11,374 bases of DNA from Fidelibacterota bacterium (lineage in GTDB: Bacteria; Fidelibacterota; Marinisomatia; Marinisomatales; TCS55): contig JBHHTW010000051.1 of the NCBI GenBank assembly GCA_046861385.1, forward strand, positions 1-11,374, given 5' to 3'. This document shows, one piece after another, positions 8,375-11,374 of the stretch. The translations under genes were made by a program, and so were the position numbers. How positions within the stretch are numbered: the first letter of the stretch is position 1; every line of letters begins with the position of its first letter. The notes under the pieces were generated by a model, which worked only from the letters and a program-made list of their open reading frames with translations, was not told the origin of the DNA and searched no databases.

Positions 8375-9229
8375 ATGGCCAATCTAAAAGATATTCGGGA
8401 TCGGATCAAATCCGTTAAAAGTATCCAAAAAGTAACCAAAGCTATGAAAATGGTAGCAGCAGCAAAAATGCGCAGAGCCCAGGAACGTATGGAAGAGGCT
8501 CGACCTTATACCAAGCGTTTAGCTGGAGTGATTAATGATTTACTCCCGGATGTGGATCGTGATTTACTAGAATTATTGGATGTTCGAGAAGTAAAGCGAG
8601 TGGGATATGTTGTTGTAAGTTCCGATCGGGGAATGGCAGGATCTTTTAATACAAATCTTCTGAAGATTGCCCAGAATGAAATCGATAAAATTGGAAAAGA
8701 AAATGTGGATGTCTTCTGCATCGGGAAAAAAGCTCGGGACTATTTTAAGCGCCGCAACTATACGATGGTTCAATATTATACCGGCTTTTGGAACGAATTA
8801 AGTTTTGGCCATGCCATCAGTATTGGAGATAAAATTATCCATCACTTTACGGATAAACAAGTAGATGCAATTCACGTGGTTTATAATGAATTTATTAATG
8901 TAGCATCTCAGGAAGTACGATCTGAACTACTGCTGCCCTTAGTATTCGGAGAAACTATAAACCAAACTGCCGGTCGGATTTATGAACCCAGCAAAGAAAA
9001 AATTGTCAAAAGTTTAATTCCCCGTCACCTGAATATTCAAATGTGGAAATATTTATTGGAATCATTTGCGAGTGAACAGGCGGCTCGGATGCTTGCCATG
9101 GAAAATGCCACAGATAATGCTCAGGAAATGATTAAAGATTTAACATTGGAATTCAACAAAGCTCGGCAAGCAGCCATTACCACTGAAATGCTGGAAATCG
9201 TCAGCGGTGCTGAAGCTTTGAAAACTTAG
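8375..9229 (+). CDS. atpG: F1 ATP synthase subunit gamma
   Basis: RIKSVKSIQKVTKAMKMVAAAK, SSDRGMAG, SEQAARMLAMENATDNA and NKARQAAITTEMLEIVSGA motifs. Confidence 0.99.
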   Translation: MANLKDIRDRIKSVKSIQKVTKAMKMVAAAKMRRAQERMEEARPYTKRLAGVINDLLPDVDRDLLELLDVREVKRVGYVVVSSDRGMAGSFNTNLLKIAQNEIDKIGKENVDVFCIGKKARDYFKRRNYTMVQYYTGFWNELSFGHAISIGDKIIHHFTDKQVDAIHVVYNEFINVASQEVRSELLLPLVFGETINQTAGRIYEPSKEKIVKSLIPRHLNIQMWKYLLESFASEQAARMLAMENATDNAQEMIKDLTLEFNKARQAAITTEMLEIVSGAEALKT

Positions 9230-9299
9230 TGGTTAATTACAAAAAATTAAAATAGTCAATCAAAAAGAAAAAAATGAGAAATTATGAGAAAGAGATAAT

Positions 9300-9357
9300 G
9301 AATCGAGGAGTCAATGAGTCTGGAGTCGAGGAATCAGGAGTTAGGAGTTGATGAGCT
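9300..9357 (+). repeat. Left array: eight degenerate 7-8-bp units with a GAGTC-like core
   Basis: Cores at 9300 GAATC, 9308 GAGTC, 9316 GAGTC, 9323 GAGTC, 9331 GAATC, 9338 GAGTT, 9345 GAGTT and 9353 GAGCT (periods 8,8,7,8,7,7,8). Confidence 0.85.
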
Positions 9358-9418
9358 CATGTCTTTTTCGTTTCTGCCAGTTGACGGATTTGGAATAGAT
9401 GAGGAAAACAAAATATTA

Positions 9419-9464
9419 GTCTCACAGACTCCAAGACTCACAGACTCAAAGACTTATTAAACTC
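9419..9464 (-). repeat. Right array: six degenerate ~8-bp units with a GACTC core, inverted relative to the left array
   Basis: Cores on the + strand at 9419 GTCTC, 9427 GACTC, 9435 GACTC, 9443 GACTC, 9451 GACTT and 9460 AACTC (periods 8,8,8,8,9). GACTC is the reverse complement of GAGTC. Confidence 0.85.
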
Positions 9465-9480
9465 CAGAAATTAAAAATGA

Positions 9481-10910
<1,430 letters not shown>

Positions 10911-10911
<1 letters not shown>

Positions 10912-11303
10912 TGAAATCCTATCAACTTGAAATTGTTACTCCAACTAAATTCCATGACGAAGGCATGATTGAACATGTTCGGTGTCCCGGATTGGATGGG
11001 TATTTCGGTGTAATGGCTAACCATCGTGATGCCATAATTGCCTTGGGGATCGGTGAAATTAAAATTACGCAAAATGGGAAAGATGAATATTTAGCAACCA
11101 GTGGCGGATTTGTAGAAATTTCGAAAGAAAAAGTCGAGCTGTTGTTGGAAACATTTGAACGAGCCGATGAAATTGATACGGCCCGAGCTGAATCCGCTCT
11201 CCATAGAGCACAAGATCGGAAACGAGCAAAATCCATCGATGAAGCACGGAATAAAGTCTCACTTCTGAGAGCAGTGAATCGATTGAAAGTATCGAAACGA
11301 TAA
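10911..11303 (+). CDS. atpC: F1 ATP synthase subunit epsilon
   Basis: LEIVTP, PGLDGYFGVMANH, SGGFVEI and a C-terminal helical hairpin beginning EIDTARA; TGATG stop/start overlap with atpD. Confidence 0.97.
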
Positions 11304-11374
11304 TTTTTATATTTAAACTATTTTTTAAGAATATTTTTTCTATTCATTCAAAAGTTAGAAAATGATGACAACGA

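Noticed and set aside
8868-8883. parS-like core TTCACGTGG in atpG
   Set aside because: The flanks do not match the parS consensus, and the sequence is explained by coding (IHVV).
9274-9291. ATGAGAAA direct repeat (9274-9281, 9284-9291)
   Set aside because: Short and in purine-rich low-complexity sequence; it may be a decayed extension of the left array but cannot be supported separately.
9300-9464. CRISPR array or classical IS/MITE interpretation of the repeats
   Set aside because: Units are only 7-9 bp with no unique spacers, and I see no cas or transposase gene, clean terminal inverted repeats or target-site duplication.
11304-11374. Intrinsic terminator after atpC, or start of the next gene at ATG 11362
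   Set aside because: Only an AT-rich 7-bp stem with no GC-rich hairpin plus U-tract, and too little sequence remains to call a CDS.

Overview
AT-rich bacterial chromosomal window in which every supported gene lies on the + strand. The protein styles suggest an FCB-group organism such as Marinimicrobia; this is inference only. Positions 1-1023 are the decaying end of a defence-type island: the 3' end of a DUF1016/YhcG PD-(D/E)XK gene, a heavily deleted and frameshifted remnant of what looks like a large type IIG/Eco57I-like restriction-modification gene (not in the ORF track), and an ORF6N-domain gene broken by a 5-bp tandem duplication. Positions 1185-11303 hold a tightly packed run of 14 genes preceded by a parS-like site: parA, parB, an M23 peptidase, a bactofilin, two atpI/atpZ-type genes and atpB-E-F-H-A-G-D-C. 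The most unusual non-coding feature is the 284-bp atpG-atpD gap. It contains two mutually inverted arrays of 7-8-bp repeats (GAGTC and GACTC cores) around a short spacer and could fold into one long hairpin, possibly an 'empty' repeat-flanked insertion element inside the ATP synthase operon.
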